Below are positions 61,680 through 64,000 of a stretch of 64,000 nt of DNA, one piece after another. Each line of letters starts with the position of its first letter. Position 1 is the first letter of the stretch. The stretch covers positions 29,078,001 to 29,142,000 of the forward strand of contig NC_047022.1 in NCBI RefSeq assembly GCF_902652985.1, in the 5' to 3' direction. This stretch comes from Pecten maximus (Eukaryota). The position numbers and the translations under genes were made by a program. Below the pieces are notes generated by a model. That model saw nothing but the letters and a program-made list of their open reading frames with translations. It was not told the DNA's origin and did not search any database.

Positions 61680-63864
61680 TGTTTGCCGTTTACCAGCCAT
61701 TTTGTTTTACAGATCAGTTTAAAATAAAACTAATCATACACAATAGGGATCAAGGACCTAAGAAAGAACCTACACACCAAGTTTGAGAAATACCCTGCGA
61801 ATACTTCCCAAGAAACGAAAGAACAATAACAAACAAACATCAATCTACCTAAGATACTACTGTACATTTAGGAAAAAATACCATTGAACATCGCATGATC
61901 AGTTGATGTCAAACAATAAGTCAAACAATTGTATCTGATTATCGTCCAATCACTAAAGACACATTTCCTTACAATGTGTATCCCATCGTAACATTGAACA
62001 CAATGTCATCTCACTAAGACTGCTTATATTTTCTGTCAGATAATCCAAACGGATAACAATATTTAGTTGAGTTTAAACAATATTTAATTAATTACTCAAA
62101 CTACTTAATACATATACAAATGTTTTATGGGATGGGAAAACAAGCTTTTAGAGCTTATATCAATTCCTTTTTCATATTTGTTAAGCAATGCTTGTGTACA
62201 GGCATAGAACTTATATAAAGTGTTGTAAATGCCTGTTAGGATGAATATGGTCAATTCAATTCAAAATTAATTTTAGAAAATATTTGTTAGTTATAGTTAA
62301 TTTTCAACATCAAAGGAACAATCAGAGTGCTATCTACAGAGGACTCAAAATATAATACTTATTGTTCATTTTCTTTAATGTCAAATGTCAAATCTGTGTT
62401 CACATGGACTTGACACACTGTCAATGTCATGACTAAGACCCGTAAAGGGTCCGACTACCGAATCACTTAAAATTGATCTAGCCCCTGTGTATTTCCCTAG
62501 GGTCCATCTCTCGATCACTTACATATGTATTATTGACAATAAAGCTCTTGTCACAAGGCTTGTACATGTACACATGAGTGTGACGTTCTATCTATAGGAG
62601 ATTAAACAAATCCCGTTTACTAGTTTTTTTCATAGTATACGGGGTATTGTGTATGGATTGGATGAGAACATATTTGTTATTTATGATATGAATAAACAGG
62701 TTTTAAGCATGCATTCATTACTTTGCTATAAAATATTCTTATAGATAGAACTTCATCCTTGTGTCCCGCTTGCACACGAGCTGTATCCGTCAAAACTGGT
62801 AACACGAAAGCACCTGTCGACAGAAAAGGTTGCATCACTTACATTATCGATAATCTGATTGTGACAGTCCTTTCTTTGTTACAGCTACTAATGAGCCAGC
62901 CAATTCTGACTCCGTCAGTCGGTGTACGTGTATATTTGTACTGTGTCGCAAACTACACGCAATCTTTTTGGAGGAATATGTTGTCAGCATGCAATATCCG
63001 TCAACAATCAGCGTACCGGTGACGCTTGAAACTAACGAAAGGGATCATTGAAAAATTTAATAATTTTATATTGCAATTTTATCGAAAACATAGTTTGAAA
63101 TTCAGCATAATATATTTCAAAGTTTATAAATTTCTAATTGTAGTTTCGGTTTTCTAAATCATGGTGTGGATATCTATGCCATCCGGAACTAATAATGATA
63201 TCCGTATAAGTTGTTAGATCTAGAAGCCTATTGTAAACTTCCGTTTATCGATTGTTTCAAGAAATTCGACCATAAAATGGTGACAAAGACCTCATATAAG
63301 ACCCATGAAAAAGAAAACAGTAAGTTTTGTAGTGCAAGTCCGTAAATGAAGCCAAGATATTTATTGGCCATTTACTTAGAGGTCTTTGCAGATTTTTATC
63401 AGAATCCTATCGATTTTTTTTCTCAAAATGTACCTCTGCAGTCTCTGACAGTAAAATGCATGGTTGGCCGAGACATGGATACATTACCTTATGTTAATTA
63501 TGTAACTGTAGTCCTGTTATAAGGTCTAAAAAGTAATTCGCGTGTTTCCACTAACATGTCAGAAAAAATAAGGATATGTAGGCGGGGAAATCTTTTTTTT
63601 TTTAAATAGATTTTACCGAGGTTATCTAGACCAGCAATTTCGACTCCCTTGAAAATGACGAAAACAAAATTGGCTAAAAAATATAGGGTTGGTGAGGTTG
63701 GAGGAAACACATGTATTTTTGTTTGGCCTAAACTAATGAATAGCTCTCTCTTTCAAAGTCTTCACTGCCGAAGGTATAATTGACCCTCGATGAGTCCCAA
63801 CAGTTGATGGGAAATAACAAACAACAAAAAACTAAACTAAAAAACAAAACAAACAATCAAACAA

Positions 63865-64000
63865 AACAAGAGGCCCATCAAGGACCTTATGGTCATCTTT
63901 CATCAGTCTGATTCAAATCATATGTTTGTGTTACAGGAAAATGGATTTCACAATCTTGATAAAGCATATACATGTAGCCTATAAAAACTCCTTCTTTCCC
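63865..64000 (-). mobile_element. End of a second HINE-like copy, running off the window
   Basis: aacaagaggcccat...ccttatggtcatct is the reverse complement of the terminus at 27732-27764. Confidence 0.5.

Overview
AT-rich animal genomic DNA, probably a bivalve mollusc (inferred from the repeat families), with spliced genes, so the ORF track is mostly misleading. Genes reconstructed by hand from GT-AG junctions: (1) a GT31 beta-1,3-galactosyltransferase on the minus strand with a 2-codon first coding exon; (2) a tandem cluster of four 4-exon FABP/iLBP-family genes on the plus strand, three close paralogs (the third frameshifted) and one divergent copy; (3) a complete 9-coding-exon deoxyhypusine synthase (DHPS) on the minus strand. 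The rest contains a decayed non-LTR retrotransposon, several MITE, foldback and Helentron-type elements, long palindromes and many minisatellites. The most unusual signal is in DHPS intron 7: it is mostly 30 tandem 40-bp copies of the exon 7 3' end plus its splice donor, and use of any downstream copy would truncate the enzyme before its catalytic lysine. Two other arrays also end at apparent splice signals, suggesting minisatellites seeded at splice sites.
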